Part shown: positions 48,559-62,946 of the stretch, piece by piece
Layout of the letters: each line of letters begins with the position of its first letter
Numbering within the stretch: position 1 is the first letter of the stretch
Assembly (NCBI GenBank): GCA_013265495.1
Contig: MU057377.1
Span: 124,001 to 188,000, forward strand
Reading direction: 5' to 3'
Source: Vicugna vicugna
Taxonomy: Eukaryota
Length of the DNA: 64,000 nt
Notes under the pieces: model-generated
Told to the model about the DNA's origin: nothing
What the model saw: only the letters and a program-made list of their open reading frames with translations
Databases searched by the model: none
Program-made: the position numbers and the translations under genes

Positions 48559-50791
48559 AGTTTAATTCATGAGACTTTATAATCTAGTTTATTGGTATTC
48601 TCCAGAGACAGAATAATTTCACACTAATTCTATAAGAGCAGAGATCTTTCTGAATTATAGACATATAGACTCACAGATACCAAAAATTTTGGTGGTGTTA
48701 GGTATATGCGTGTATGTATGTATGCGTATATACACACATGTGTATGTATATAGTGAACAGATAGATATGTAGAAGCTGAAAGATACATTTTTGAAAATAA
48801 TGCTGTGTTGTGCAAGGCTTTTTTAGTTATGTTTTTGGTTGTTACTCTTATGATACCAGAGATGAAAATTTTGCCAGATATTGAACAAATGAACTTCACC
48901 TAGGCAATTAGCATGAACCTAAAGCTGCCTTAAAATTATTTATTGAATACTTATTTTGCAAGGTACTGGTCTGGCGACATAAGGCTGCAGACAGGGAGAC
49001 ATGTGGTCCTTACTGTCTGGGAGTCTTACTAGGAGAAGGAAGGTGGTCTGGGGATCACAAGTGAGCAGGTGTCCTGTCTCTGCTTCTAACTTGAATTTCG
49101 GAGTTTAAGGAAGTCATTTTTGCTCTCTGAATTTCAGTTTTCTCCTCTGTGAATGGGGGATACAGGAGCCAATAGTTGCTTATCCTATTACATGTTGCTT
49201 CTACATGTAATCCCGACGGAAGGCCAGGTGTAACGTGTGCCAGGAAAGTCACTAGCAGTGCAGCCTAGCGTGCTGGGAGGGAAGACATCAGACATTTAAG
49301 TAAGCTACGAGGCGAGTGGTTAGAGAGCAAGAGGAAGTGGTTAGTTTAGACTGATTTTCATTATGGTGGCAGTATTTAGTGTGCTTTTGGTAGCTTCAGG
49401 AGTAAAAGGCTTCAGGAGGGAAGACCGTGTTTATATAGAATAGCAAAAAAGTCACTTTAAAAGAAAGATTGAAGACAGAAATGAGAACTAATTTCTACAG
49501 CAAGAAGTAGCAGAGATGGAAAGAGGATAAGTAAGTGAATACACATTATGCATTATTTTTTCTAACACTCGATGAATAAAGGTAAATATAAAAAGTTGCC
49601 CGCTTAGGAAGACCTCCTGGTCCAGTAGGGGAGACAGATTAATCACAGGCCACTGCGTGTGCTGTGACCGTTCAGGTGAGATTGCTTCACAACCGCGAGT
49701 GGAGGGTTTAGCTCTGGACAGTGGTGGTAGGTGTGCCTCCGCCTGTAAGATTAACGGAGAGGAGGAGGAACAGATGGCCGGGGCTTGACTGATAGAGAAC
49801 GATACTATTCCGGGAAGACTGAGTTTCACGTATCTTTGTTTCCTAGCTCTTCGTGATTGTCACTCTTACGCTGGCATGACCTGTGAGAAAGGGGCCATGG
49901 GGTGTGAGTGAGGCACGTTTATCCCAGAGCCTCTGCGTGGGTCCTGTCTGCATCACTGTCTGTTGCTTCCCCAAGAATTGTTGTCAGTTGGTACATACGG
50001 AGCAATGACCGTTGAATTGTTGTACTCGAAGGGTGTGGATCTTCATCGACTATTCCTGGGATTCAGGGTCTTCGGAGGCCAGTGTTGAGGGTGCCACTGA
50101 AAAGAAAGCCGTTTACAGATGTCTAAGCCAGCGCTAGAAGGCTGTTTGGGAAGAGACTGTCGCTGTGGTGCTGGCTGCATGTTTGCCTGCATTCTGGTCG
50201 GGAGGAGTGCGCGGAAGGTGATCTGTGAGCCTTGTTCCCAGACCCCTGGCTGTGTTCCCGAAGTCGGTCGTCCTTCAGGGTAAGAGTGAAGGATACTCAC
50301 ATACAGTTAGAGTGACTGATTACCACGCCCTGCTGTGTTAGAAGGGCACAATGATGAAATTACTTTGTGATCTGAAATTGAAGCAGAGTGAGAGCTAGAG
50401 ACTTTAATTTTATTTCTTGCCTTAAATGAAAGACATTTTTTGATGATATAAATTGGAGTTTGAATTCTGTCAGTTATATGCTCTGTTCCATCAAACTTGG
50501 GCAGGTGTTCAGCAAACCAGAGGTCGTGGTCAAGTTCCCTTCCTGCCCTGCCCTGTTTTTCCCCAGGTTCCCCCCCCTTTTTTTTTTTTGTAGCATTTCT
50601 GTTTTCACTGCCCATTTCCATTCTTTTTCTTTTTTCTTTCCTTCTTCTTCTTTTTTTTTTTTTGTGGTCCAGTTCTACTTATTTTTAAACCTTAGCTTAA
50701 AAATTAATTCTTCATTGAAGGCTTTCCTGACCTCCAAAGCAACCTGCCTGTACTGCAATATAGCCTCTTGGGTTTACCTCTATATTTCAAT

Positions 50792-50793
50792 TT

Positions 50794-50885
<92 letters not shown>

Positions 50886-50893
50886 TTTTTTTT

Positions 50894-50985
<92 letters not shown>

Positions 50986-50987
50986 TC
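50792..50987. repeat. (TTTC)23-T8-(TTTC)24 pure polypyrimidine microsatellite, 196 bp
   Basis: Read directly. A central T11 run at 50884-50894 preserves the 4-bp phase. Further CT-rich sequence at 51037-51132. Confidence 0.97.
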
Positions 50988-51139
50988 ATTTGAACAAATA
51001 TATTTAAATTCTTCCCAGCTTCTGAGTCCAATAAATTTCTTGTCTGTCTCTCTTTCTTGTCTGTCTCTCTTTCTTGTCTGTCTCTCTTTCTCTCTCTTTC
51101 CTTTCTTCCTTTCTTTTCTTTTCTTTTTTTTTAAAGAAT

Positions 51140-51285
51140 GTCCATATCTCCCCTTCTCTGCATGTGTATATCTTGAAGGAAGAGGGGCGGAGTCTTCTCA
51201 TTTTTCAATCACCAGCTCTTGCCCAGTGGCTGGTACCTAATAAGGTCTGGATAAAAGGGTTTAAATGACCAGGTGACTGAGTGCT
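51140..51285 (+). mobile_element. L2 3' end
   Basis: cttgaaggaagagggg...tcaccagctcttgcccagtggctggtacctaataaggtc...tgactgagtg; upstream piece gaaggctttcctgacctcc at ~50718. Confidence 0.55.
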
Positions 51286-51679
51286 GGGTCAAAGGAAGTT
51301 GAATAAACTCATGATGGATTATTTTGACCTTCTTGGAAAAATAGGAGCAGGATAATCTACTAAGTGGAATAGATTATAAGAGGACGTGGAATATTAAATT
51401 TAGAAGGATTTCAGACTAGTGTTATAACATTATAATAGGACTTCATCAAAATATGAGTGAAAAGATGTGGCTCAGCAGAGGCCCGGCAGCATAAAAGGTT
51501 TAGTGGGTCCGTGACTGTTCGTGACAAGGCCTGACTTGTGTGTTCTCTCTCTCTCATGTTTCTGTAGAGGGGGGTAAACAACTAAAAACCAGTATATGTT
51601 GGCACACTAATGTGTGCTCCCACGCTGGGTGATAAAGATGCCTTTAGAAATGTTTTGAGAAGCATGCACACGTTACAGC

Positions 51680-51901
51680 ATTTTTAAAAATTGATGTACA
51701 GTCAGTTACAATGTGTCGATTTCTGGTGTGCAGCACAGTGTCCCAGTCATGCATATACATACACGTATTCGTTTTCATATTTTTTCATTAAAGGTTATTA
51801 CAAGATATTGAACATAGTTCTCTGTGCTGTACAGAAGAAATTTTTTAAAAAATCTATTTTTATATATAATGGCTAACATTTGTAAATCTCAAACTCCCAA
51901 A
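51680..51901 (-). mobile_element. L1 3' end fragment, same family as 1368-1548
   Basis: attgatgtacagtcagttacaatgtgtcgatttctggtgtgcagcacagtgtcccagtcatgcatatac...atctcaaactcccaaatt. Confidence 0.88.
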
Positions 51902-54900
51902 TTAACATCATTATTTTTAAATTACAACTATAATAAAAATTCCATTAATTAGGCAAAATCTTAGTAGAAACTAATTAAGAAAACTTTGTAGAATTGAAAC
52001 TGTTTCCAGTTTGAATTACAATTCTGAATGAATAATAGGAAGAAACTTTGCATTATGCAACAACAGAAATACATTTTCAATCGTATCCTTCAGCTTTGTC
52101 TTCACTGGCCTTTTGTAACTGCAGCCAGCTAGCTAGTTGGCTGATTCTGAAACACACATACTCAGCACTGAGAACTTCTCACGTTCAGCATGGTCTGCAT
52201 GGTTTAGGAAGAATGTTCTTTATTAAAAATTTTTTATACATCCATCACTTCAAAAAATATTTTTCTCCTTTTAATAATTTTAAAGGGGTTTGGTCAAAGT
52301 GAATAAAGTCTTTAATATTTGAAGTTGAGGTGGATTGATTGCTGGGCGTTTTATAATTCTGCTTATTGCATCAGTCATCAAATCTAAATTATTTGGAAAT
52401 AATTTATTAAATCTAAATACTTTGAAAATAAATAAATGTAGGTATTTTAAAAACCGAATTTTTTTTGCTACTTTGGATTTGATTCTGTCATTTTTAACTA
52501 TTAGTTTGATCATCTCAGACATAGAAAAAAATGTAATTACATTCTGTACCAATGACTGTTTTTCCAAGTGGAAAGAATGAATTGTCTTGGACCAGTTTTT
52601 CATGTGTGATGGTTAATTGTTATTTCACTATGAGTGTATACATTATATATGAACATACATTTCTGAGACAAATTGATTTCTTACTTTTAATGAAATTAGT
52701 TTTTATAAAGAGACGGTGGCCGATTTAAGAGAATTATAATTGTATCATGACAGCATACTTCATTTCATATTCTAAACATTTTATCAGTGATCTATCAAAT
52801 AACCCTAAAGCATCAATTATTTCTTATTAGCTTGCTTTGTCGATATACCTCTAACATTATCTTTTTTGTACATTCTGTGTCTAAAAAAGAAGAATCAGAA
52901 TAGTATAAATGGCAAGCATGTGGGTAAATCCTTAAAATTAAACCCAAGATCATCGTCATGATTTTGTCTGTCTTTCTTCATATAGGCAAGATTCATTTCT
53001 GTTGTCAATGCAGTGCTAGAGAGCTCAAGACGAAGTGTGGTCGCATTCCTATTTTACCTGCATGCTTGTCTTATATTTTCTACTGTGAAAATGTAAAAAT
53101 GTTATTGCAAACAGAGAAACTAATTTGGAAAAACATAGTGATGTTTTAGAAACTTTGCTTTATAGCTGAGGTGTTTATTGGAAAATAGAACTATGTAATC
53201 CAGAAAACTCCTGTTGAAAAGGTTTTTGCATATATTTTAGATAACAAAATTTGAAAGCCCCTGGAAAAAATAACCTTATTTTTCTGCTGAAGGTTGAACA
53301 GGTTTTACTTTAATGAATTCTTAAAAGTGAAGGATTTTATATTTATTTTTATGACCCTGAAATTATTATATTCTAACCATGCAAATGATTCAGACCAATC
53401 CTGGAAGGTCTGACATTATTCAGAAACCTATGGAAATTAAAAATAATAGATGATGCAGACTTAAAGAGATACATGTGGGTTCACAAAGACTGACTTTTAA
53501 TTGAACGGTAAACATTCGACAAAAGTAAATCTGTAGTTCAGTCCTATAAAGGACTTTGAGAGAAACAGAGTTAAGGAATAAACTGTTTTTTCAAGGTGGT
53601 GAATCAGAAGCAATTCTCCTGAAGTCAGGAGGAAAAAGTAAATTTAACATAGTCTCTCTACTAGTTCAAAATGTTATATTTCAAAAATTGTTTTTTTTCA
53701 TTTTTAGCTTAAAAAGAAGTTAAAATTAGTTAACTATGAAACTAAAGATGGAAACAAAATAGCATATTTTTAGATATTACTTGGTAGAGAAATTAAAATC
53801 TTTCAAATTGATATAAAATCAATATTAATTTACGTGGAATATGTGACTTTGAAGTAATCTTGATCCCTGTAACTGTATAGTGCTTTAAAAAATGCCTGTC
53901 AGGGAAATTTCTTTTTTAGGAAGAGTGGTAGGTTGGATGAGACTTGTGGGTTATAAAAATCAGTAACTAACCATAAATTGTCATCAACTTACCTTTTTGT
54001 TTGATGATTTCCATTTTCCTCTCCTCTCAGTATGAATTAATAGATAAGCCCTTTTAAAGTAACATTGTCGGATTGTTTACTGATGTTTACAATTGAAGCT
54101 TGAAATACAATTGGGGAAGATAACTAGATACGAAGGCACTTCGCTGTTAAAGTTTTGAAGTTTAAAATATACCCTCTATTAGCTGGAAATGTTGCACTTG
54201 ATCAGCATATGGTGCCAGCCAGCCTCATCCCCACCCGTTCTTTTGTTGTCTTGTTATTGTTACAAGGCTTAATGACAGTTGTAAGCCATAGTCCTGGATG
54301 TGGGGGTGGGTCCACCCTGGGGAGAGGAGGAGGAAACAGCAGTGTGGATTATGGAAATATGGATTGATCTAAAAAGAGACCCCTTGTGTAAGAATGGGGC
54401 TCAGAGAAAAGCTGGGGAAACTGAAGAAAAGATGATAGAATATGATGTGAAAATGATCACTTGAAGTCTTTCCTTTCATTCCCAGCTGCTATGTTTTGGA
54501 GAAAAGGAATGCATTTGTGTGTTAAGGGGGAGCCAAAAGAGGCCAGATGAATGGTATTATTTATTAGATATATTTTCATTTTGAGTGAGATAAATTATGT
54601 GCATTTTAATAGACTTTGCATATGTTAGACATTTTAAGTCTTAAAGACATAATGTTAAGTATGCTATTTCATAGAAATGTTTCAAGTAGTAAACAACATT
54701 TGATTAATGTGTGGCCTTTGAATAGACCTAATTTCAAAGATTAACTTCAAGGTTGTTATATATTAAGTATTTTAACTAAATATAATGCTGGATATTATAT
54801 CTAAAATATGAAGGGTTTTTTTTATTACTTTTATAACTTAGTTTTTCAAATACATGGTTACACATGTGTTCCTATATATTTTTCTGGACAAGTGGTAATG

Positions 54901-55917
54901 TTGCAGTTTGTCTGGGTAAGCTCGTACTAAATGGTAACATGTATCTTTATGCTTAGCCTAGCTGATCACAAAAGACAACAATGCAGTCTAGTGGTCATTT
55001 TTGCTAATGCAGACACAGGTCCGTGTGGTTTTAACTAGTTTCTGATGTGCTTATGTGCAATGAAGGAAAGGTTGTTACCTGATGCTAAAAGTTGGAAGAA
55101 GTTAGGCTGGAAAAGAGCGAGCATGAAAGCTTAGGAATCTGGCGTTTGGGAGGAGGATCATGTTCTGAGGGGTGTTTTGTTTTCGGTTTTGGGTATGCCA
55201 GGTGCTCTGGTAGGGATGTCTTCTAAGTAGCAGGAAGGTTCCGACTGGAGTCAGGAGAGGATGACAGTGTGGCTTCCCACGGCTGTTTGGTATCTGACCT
55301 GGGTTCCGAACCTTGCCTTCTGGCCAGAAAAATCCAGGCTTTTGTCCATCATGTGTGGCAGAGACTGGACTCCCTGTGGAGAGATGGGGGCTGAAGACAG
55401 AACCCTGGGAACACCAATGGGGAAGGCGGTGTGAAGTCGCCTGAAAAGAAACGAGGAGGTTAGGAGTGCGCTGGACGGGTTGGACACGGACACCTAGGGC
55501 AGGTGCTCGTAAGCGGACCCTTAGCGTCCTCAGGTCAAGAGGCAGATCGCTGTCCCCTTTTAATCCCAAGTGTCTCATACCTCGTAGACACTGAATAAGC
55601 ACATGTTGAATGAAGAAGTGATATACGTTGCAGAAAAGTTGAATATGGTAAAGACTGGATGACACTAACGGGGCCGAGAAGGCTTGGCAGCAGCAGGTGA
55701 TGGACTTGCAGAATGTTCGTCAGACCTGCAAGAAAATTTTCAGTGACAGAAAGAATTATTTTAGTTTTACTTTTTAGCCCACCGAAGGTTGAATCTACTT
55801 TACAGCATTTACGTTAGTCTGCTTCAGTGAATGTCAGTCTTGTGTTTTATAATTACTCCTTATTTTCCATATATTCCAATACGATAATACATTGTAAAGA
55901 ATAAATAGAAGTTACGA

Positions 55918-56035
55918 AAAAAAAAGTGACAATGAGTGTGTATATGTCCATGAATGACTGAAAAATTGTGCTGAACGCTGGAATTTGTCACAACATTGTA
56001 AAATGATTATAAATCAATAAAAACAAGTTAAAAAA
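55918..56035 (+). mobile_element. Young, very short L1 3' end with perfect TSD
   Basis: Reverse-complement homolog of 11475-11578; AATAAA and A-rich tail; TSD AGAAGTTACGA at 55907-55917 and 56036-56046. Confidence 0.88.
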
Positions 56036-58289
56036 AGAAGTTACGAGATAATTTATTCAAGATAATTATTAATCCTTAACTGAGAAAATTTATCAAATAA
56101 CTATATACACATATATATGTATTTATGTGCACATATATATAGTTTCTGGTTTATTGAGTAAAGTCTTTTACAAGAGACTCAGGAAATTGTGTTTTCTCTT
56201 TAAGGTCATTTATGCCAAAGCAGACTGGACGAGGGAGTGATCAAAACTCATTGCTATTTGGTGAGGCTTGTTTGGTGGCTTTCTCTGTGAAAGAACCAGT
56301 GTTCACAGTTGAATTTCCCATAGAAAGAGTTCTGCGTGACAAGAACTAAGACCGAAATCGGCACCTTTACTTATAATCTCAGCAAGGGCCAAAGATTACG
56401 TCAGCAGGGAGTGTGAACTAGGGTTTTCTTCCAGGAGGTGGATGTTCTATAATGGGTGGGGCAGAATAAGCTTGCAGCATAATAGCCCACAAAAATTTTG
56501 TTCAGAATTTCAAGAAACATTCATTCAAAGGAAGAAAAAGACCACGTATGACTATAAATTTAGTTGTAGTTTGACATATTAAAAATGACGGGCGTGTACA
56601 TTTTTTATAAAAGAAAAATCTTGTATAATTTAAGAGAACCTAAAAATACAAAAAATTTAGAGTTCTTGGATTCTTGATTTTCAGCCCTGCTTGCTAACTG
56701 TATGTGAATAAGGTTTATTTTCATTACTGACTACTTAGTTCCTGCTTTAAATTGAAGGGAATAAAAACGTCTTGCAAACTTCATGAATGGACTTGCTGAA
56801 GGGACCCCTACCCCAGGTGTTCACCATCTGAGCTGCAGTTTTCCGTGCCTTCGTCTGACCGCCAGAGAGGCGGCTTCGGCCGCATCTGCGGCTTTCTACT
56901 CTTGAGCCCAAGATAATTAAATACTCTCTCCGCCCGCCACCATCAGCTCTGTTACTACTAACCTTGTTCAGCCTCACCTGCCTGTGCCAGTCTAGCATCA
57001 TTCACTTGCTCTGGTGTGTCCCTTGTTCTGATCTGTGACAGATGATTTTGTTTCAGATTTTAAATACTATGCTTCTGATTTAATCCCTTGATATTTTGCT
57101 CCCCTGTGAGAAGGAAAATCAACTTTAAGTCCTTATTTACAAGTCTGTTGTTTGAAAGAAGTGAGATGTTTGGTTTTACTGTAAGTCTAGTATTTTCCGT
57201 GGTAATAAGCACTCGAACACGTGAGCAGCATTGCTTTTTTGCCTCCGGACTTAATTTCAAGGGCCTTGAATGACCTCGGGCGGGTAAGGCTCACATTTGT
57301 GATTGCATAGGACCCCATCTCTCCTCCCAGGATTTCTTCACATCGCCGCCCGCTGCAGTTTTTCATTTACCTGGTGGAACTTTGGTTCTGAAGTATGAAT
57401 TGTATGATCTTAACTCTTCATGTGTGTGGACAGAATCCACCACGTAGAGACCAAGCAGGATCAGATTTAGGCACTGCTGGCTGTATGTTGGAACCTACAT
57501 GAAAACACAGTGAAAAAAGTGCCCAGCGTGGGGAGTGATGGCTGAAGCTTCAGCTGCGAGTTCAGCTCCTGACGCTGACATTTGCTGCTGTGTGACTTTG
57601 GGCAAGTTACTCCGTCTCTTTACCACCCGCCTCCCCCCAAACCACCACATAACAGATGTCAGAACCTGGCACAGAGTAAGCAATTGTTTTATCGTCTCTA
57701 TTTAAGAAGGTAATCAGAAAGAAAGCACGCAGACTCGTAAATCACGTTCCCTTGAGCTGCCTACCAAGGCAGATTGACTCTGATGGTGCGAGGACAGTCT
57801 CTGCACGTGAGTTCCGCCGAGTTTCTCAGGGCATGGTTGCGGGGGGTGCCAGGCGCTGGCTAGGCCGGGGGCGGGGGCCCAGTGGTGAGCCTGCCCTCAG
57901 AGATCTGGAGATCCATGTCTCCTGACCGATCTCGTCAGTTGTAACAGCCAGGACTTTCACTTCGCTTCCAGCTTGGCTGATCTCTGCTCACTGACTAACG
58001 TGCTCTGTGATGGTAACCCCGGCCGTGGCCGAGCACTCTGTCCGTAACCTGTCTTGACGCCAGTCCTGAGGAAAAGAAAGATATGCTTATGTTTTCATCA
58101 TCATATAGGAAGATGTAGTGATTTCATAATTTGGGAATTTTATAATAAAGTTGCTAGTTGAGGGGGATATAAAATGTGAAGAACAGTATCAGTTGTCCAT
58201 AATAATGGACGACTGTACAGTCATGTCTCTCACTCCTCCCGTACCTTCTAATCAGTGCTGTTGCCTTTCTCTGTCTTCGTCTGGGCCAG

Positions 58290-59365
58290 CTTGTCGCTCT
58301 GGAACAGCAGACATTTTATCCGCTACCTCCTGGACATCTCCGCTTTCCTCCTGTTTACATCTTAGCTGTGTCCCGCTCTCTGTGAGCCTCTGCAGCCATC
58401 TTATTTCAGGCCATCACCTCTCACCTCGATTATTGCCGAGGACTTCTGCGTTCCCAGCCCTCAGTCTTGTCTTTTGAAAGTCCGTTCCATACACTATAGC
58501 CAGAATGACCTTTCTAAAACTCAAGTCAGTCATGTTCCTCCTTAGCTGTAAATCCTTTAAGGCTTCCCTGATTCTCTTAGGGAGGCTGACCGTGATTCAT
58601 GGTCCAAACTGAGATGCTTATTATTAATTTTTTCACTGATAACTTATCTTTGGTGCAGTGCAGATCTCAAGTGTACAGTGAAATGAGTTTTGACAGGTGC
58701 ATACACTTGTGCAGCACACAGTCCGGTAAAGATGCAGACTGCTTCTGTTACTCCAGAAAGTTCCCGCTTGCTGCTCCCTGGCTCCTTCCTGTGCCCGCAG
58801 CCCACGGATACCACTGTTCTGATTTCTGTCCCCATAAGTCATGACTTGGACACTTTCAAGAGCAGAAGGGATTGCTGTTGATGATTATGGTGAGATGATA
58901 GATACGTGTCCAGTGTTCCAGGTAAACCAGGGGGTGGTTTCCCTGCCCTTTGTATCAAGTCCGAAGTTCCTAACTGGCCTAAAGGTCTTGTGCTGTCATC
59001 CGTCCCCTGCTTCTTTCCCAGCCACGTTCTCCGTCACTCTCCCAGCCTTCGCACTTTTCTTGCTCATCTCTAGACCTTTCTGGGCTTCCTGTGATGGGAA
59101 GACCATCCTTGCCGCCTCTGTACCTCCCTCTCCTCGTGCTGCAGCCTGGCCGGCCTCTCTCCTCTCCTTATTTCTCCGTGTCACTACGACTTCCTCCCTT
59201 GGGACCTGCACTGCACTCCTCCGGGGGCCCCCCTCCTGAACTCGCTTTATGTGTCTGTCTTCTAGGCTCCCTGGTGCTTTCCGCTTTCCCCACCAGTGCT
59301 CTTACCGTGTTACGTTGTCATTGTCTGTGATGGCTGTTCACACAGTAAATATTTGCTAAATGAAT
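58290..59365 (+). mobile_element. L2 element interrupted by an antisense L1ME 3' end (~58620-58835)
   Basis: atagccagaatgacctttctaaaactcaagtcagtcatgt...; end cacacagtaaatatttgctaaatgaat. Insert caagtgtacagtgaaatgagttttgacaggtgcatacacttgtg is L1ME-like. Confidence 0.7.
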
Positions 59366-60774
59366 ATGCACAAACCTACATAAACATTAAGTTACATAAG
59401 TAAGTTCACTTTAAGTTTAAGTAAATACGAGTTAGTACTGATGAGACTGTATACCTCTTTAAGTACATAGTCCTCAGAGAACAGTCTGTATTTTATACCC
59501 GTGTAATTAAAATTTAATTCTCCCAGACGAAGCCTCCGAGTAGGTAAACAGACAATCAATTATGATTTTTCAAACTTCTAAAAGATACCATTTTCCCATT
59601 TCTACTAGGTGATCTTATAAACTCCAAGGGCCTTCAAAGGCATAGAGAAATAATTCGTAAGTGCACTGTTGCTCCCAGAAAAGAATAACCATCTAAAGAT
59701 ACATTTTTTCAAACACCTTAAAGTGTAGGGCCCCTGATTTATGCTCTGAAACTTAAAGCAGCAGAAAAACAGCAGGATTTCCACCTGGTTTATCAGAGGA
59801 TTCACTATTGGGGGAAAATTAAGCAGGTCAGGCATAGTTCGAAACTGGCTCAAGACAGCTTAAAAGAAAAGGGAAAATTGTAATGCACTTCTCTGGAACA
59901 CGTATCTCTGCTTGTCATCCATAACACAGAATGCATTTCCTTAATGTGTGACTTGCCCCGTGAATGGAGAATATTTACACGAACATCATGGCGGATACCA
60001 TCGTTTGCACGTGGTGTAGGTGTAAAGAACGAGAGAAATAATACGAATCAAGCGTCTGGTAGTCTGCAAGACTGGGGGGAAATGTAAAGTAAAGATTAAC
60101 AAAGAACACAGTGGGACTGACTCAGAATTGAAGAAGGTAGAGGACGTGATTCAGGAATAGAGGGCAGCGGAGGAGGGAGGGCACCTCTGCCAGTGTCGCA
60201 GCCAGGACGCTGAGCAGGGGAGGCAGCAGGACGCACTTCCATTGGTCGGTTGGCCAGTGCCTTCTGGAGAGCTGGTGATTAATCTCTAGCAAGTGGATTG
60301 ATAAGTACATGAAGAAGGAATTTTGTTAACAAACCCTCCCTTAAATGAAGAATGTCTGTTGGCGTGACTCTTTGAATGTATTTTTAATTCAAAGGAGTAG
60401 CCAGTGCGGTAGCCCCCCGTCGGCTCGTGTACACACCGAAATCAGGAGCAATGTGCAGCGTTAACGGAGTCTGCTGCTACCGTGTCCGGTGAAACAGAAG
60501 TAGCTGGACATACTCAGATCTGTGTCTCTATCCATATGCACCTGTATTAACTAAGTATGTTAAACGTCTTCCAAGGAGGCAGATAAATTATTCAGTATGA
60601 TGTTTTTCATCATTTTCTATCTCAGTATGTTAATGCTTTGGCCTAGGCCATTGGACACAGGACCTTAAATGTTGTAGTTACTCAGTAAATACTTGTCGAA
60701 TGCTTAAGTATCTTCTTTGTTTGAATTCATATGACACTTAAGAGTTCTGAAAACAAGTAACTAATTAATAAGAG

Positions 60775-60995
60775 TTAACAGTTGTTAGAGGGTTTATGTG
60801 CCTGACGTGTAATCATTTTACATGGATTTTTAACTTAATCCTCATATAAATCCCCCAATAAATCCCCACTTAATCCTACGAGGTAGATAATAACTTTGTG
60901 CATTTTTCTAGAGGAGGTAACTGGGGCGTGTAGCCAGCAGCTTGCAGAGCCAGATTTGAAGGCTGCCTCGTGGCTGCAGAGCGCTGCGCACTGAC
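60775..60995 (-). mobile_element. MIR SINE
   Basis: acttaatcctcat...gaggtagataataac...gaggaggtaactggggc...gcagagccagatttgaa. Confidence 0.7.
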
Positions 60996-61547
60996 CCCAG
61001 GGCCCGTCCCCTGCTGCCTGCCTGTGCCCATCAGGCACGTACCTGTTTCCTCGGATCTGGTCTTAAATTCTGAAAATTAGGAGATGCATTTCCTTCGCCC
61101 TCCCCAGCATCCAGCTGCGGATTGGCGTCATGGTAGCTCGTCAGACAACTGATGTAAAACTTGTTTCTGTCTCAAAATTGAAGCATTTTCTACTTACCTT
61201 AATTCTCCTTATCTTGATTTAAGTGACTGATACTCATTTTGAAATACCTCAGTATCTGTAATGCAAATAAATCCCATAGGCCATGCTCCATTTTATTATA
61301 TAGATATTTCTTCTGACCTAGGTGACTAGTGAAAATAGGGGTGTATGAGGCCAAGCAGACTCGTCTGAAAGGAATGGGGGGTTATATGGTTACTAGGGAA
61401 AAGGAGGGGCATCTTCTTAGTGGCTTGTTCTTAGAGTTGGGTAATTGTTACTCAGATCATTGATTAAAAGTTAGTGTTAACCTAGGGATAAAAATCTGAA
61501 GGTAGTTTGTAATAGAATTTTTGACCAAAAAAACCCTCTGGAAATCC

Positions 61548-61635
61548 ATGTATATATACATACATACATACATATATATATATATATACATATACACACA
61601 CACACAGACACACACACACACACAAACACACACAC
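61548..61635. repeat. Compound (TA)/(TACA)/(CA) microsatellite
   Basis: Read directly. Confidence 0.9.
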
Positions 61636-62932
61636 TTTCCTTTCACGCCTTTTCAATTCTTCTTTTTATCTTACTGAGGGAAATGTAGTCACGCCTTTTC
61701 TTTGCCAAGTAAAGCACCCATCTAATTGTAAGGGTGCGTGTATTTGGTAATGTTGCTCCGCCCTGCTTGGAATCTAGGCTTTTTCATTGACGTTAGATTA
61801 AACTAAGGTGACTGTTTGTCAACTAAGAGGTCTCGTCACCTGAGGTTGGTACACATAGAACCAGAATGCTCGAAATTCATAGTCCACAGTGGAGTTCTTT
61901 TTACAGCAGGATGTGTCTGCTTCATGGCAGCCATTTAAATCTTCTAACAATAAAAATTAATTAATTTTCGATAGTGAAAAATAACTTGATCAGATTTAAC
62001 AGTCTCAGCAGTTTTAGCGTCAGAATTCACAGACATAGAATGCTTTCGCTGATCGAAGGAAGAAGGGTGAGAGAGAAATCTACTTCTACCTGTGCAGGAA
62101 AGTAAAAACCAAGGGGCTGGCCCACAACGGTCTCAGGCATTCCTTAGACCTAAATTTCAGAGTCTCCAAGTTTCAAAAACTTCTTTAGAAAATGAGATGC
62201 TGTTTAGAGAGGCTACACATGTAATTTGCTGTATGAATGTAACTCTACCTTTTAATCAAGTTCATCCCGATCGAATCACCCTGTTAGGATGGCCGTGCTC
62301 CCTTGGGCTTAAGCCGTCCCGCGGTGCCCGTGGGACGCTGGGGTCCAGGTGTGCACTAGGCGGCTGCAGCTCAGGGAATGTTTCTTTTGAGAAAAAAAAG
62401 TTTACTTTTCTCCCGTGTAAAGCACAAATAGATGGAATGATCATATGGCATTAATCAATTCTCATTTATTTGGGGAGATAACATTCAAAATTAGGTGACC
62501 ATCTTTGTAGAAATCTATGGTCTTTGTGAAAAATTAGATTAAAATTGACAAGTCACCTGCTTTATACAAAATAATTTTGAAAGTGGTATTCAAGTGCATG
62601 AAATTATGTTTATTTGGAAACTGCCCTTATATAACATTGTGTTAGATTTCCCCTGAGAATTTTGGTATAACTTGAATTCTTACCTAATTAAAATTTTTGT
62701 GAGGAGTCTTAGGAAAGAAAATACGATACTTCACTCGAGCTTCTTTATAATTGCCTGTTCAGTGGAAAATGATTGGATTTGAATCCTGACTTTCCCTCCA
62801 ACCAGGCTAAGGCTGAGCTGAGTGCAGGGACCTGTTTCCCTGGCCAGCGACGAGCCTGTGAGGGGCTGTGGCCTTCTGGCCGACTGGGCTGAGGGAGAGG
62901 GCGGCCGGTGGGGCTTCTGGGGGGGCGCCTCA

Positions 62933-62946
62933 CCAGCAGAGGGAGC
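62933..62946 (+). promoter_or_regulatory. Candidate CTCF binding site
   Basis: CCAGCAGAGGGAGC is one mismatch from core consensus CCASYAGRKGGCRS and lies in a CpG-rich patch. Motif evidence only. Confidence 0.5.

Noticed and set aside
50460..51031. 177-aa FLSF-repeat ORF and antisense KERK-repeat ORF
   Set aside because: Translations of the (TTTC)n microsatellite.
52280..52603. Overlapping 107-aa and 81-aa ORFs in AT-rich unique DNA
   Set aside because: Composition reflects AT-rich codons with no family match; it might be conserved non-coding DNA, but that cannot be judged without alignments.
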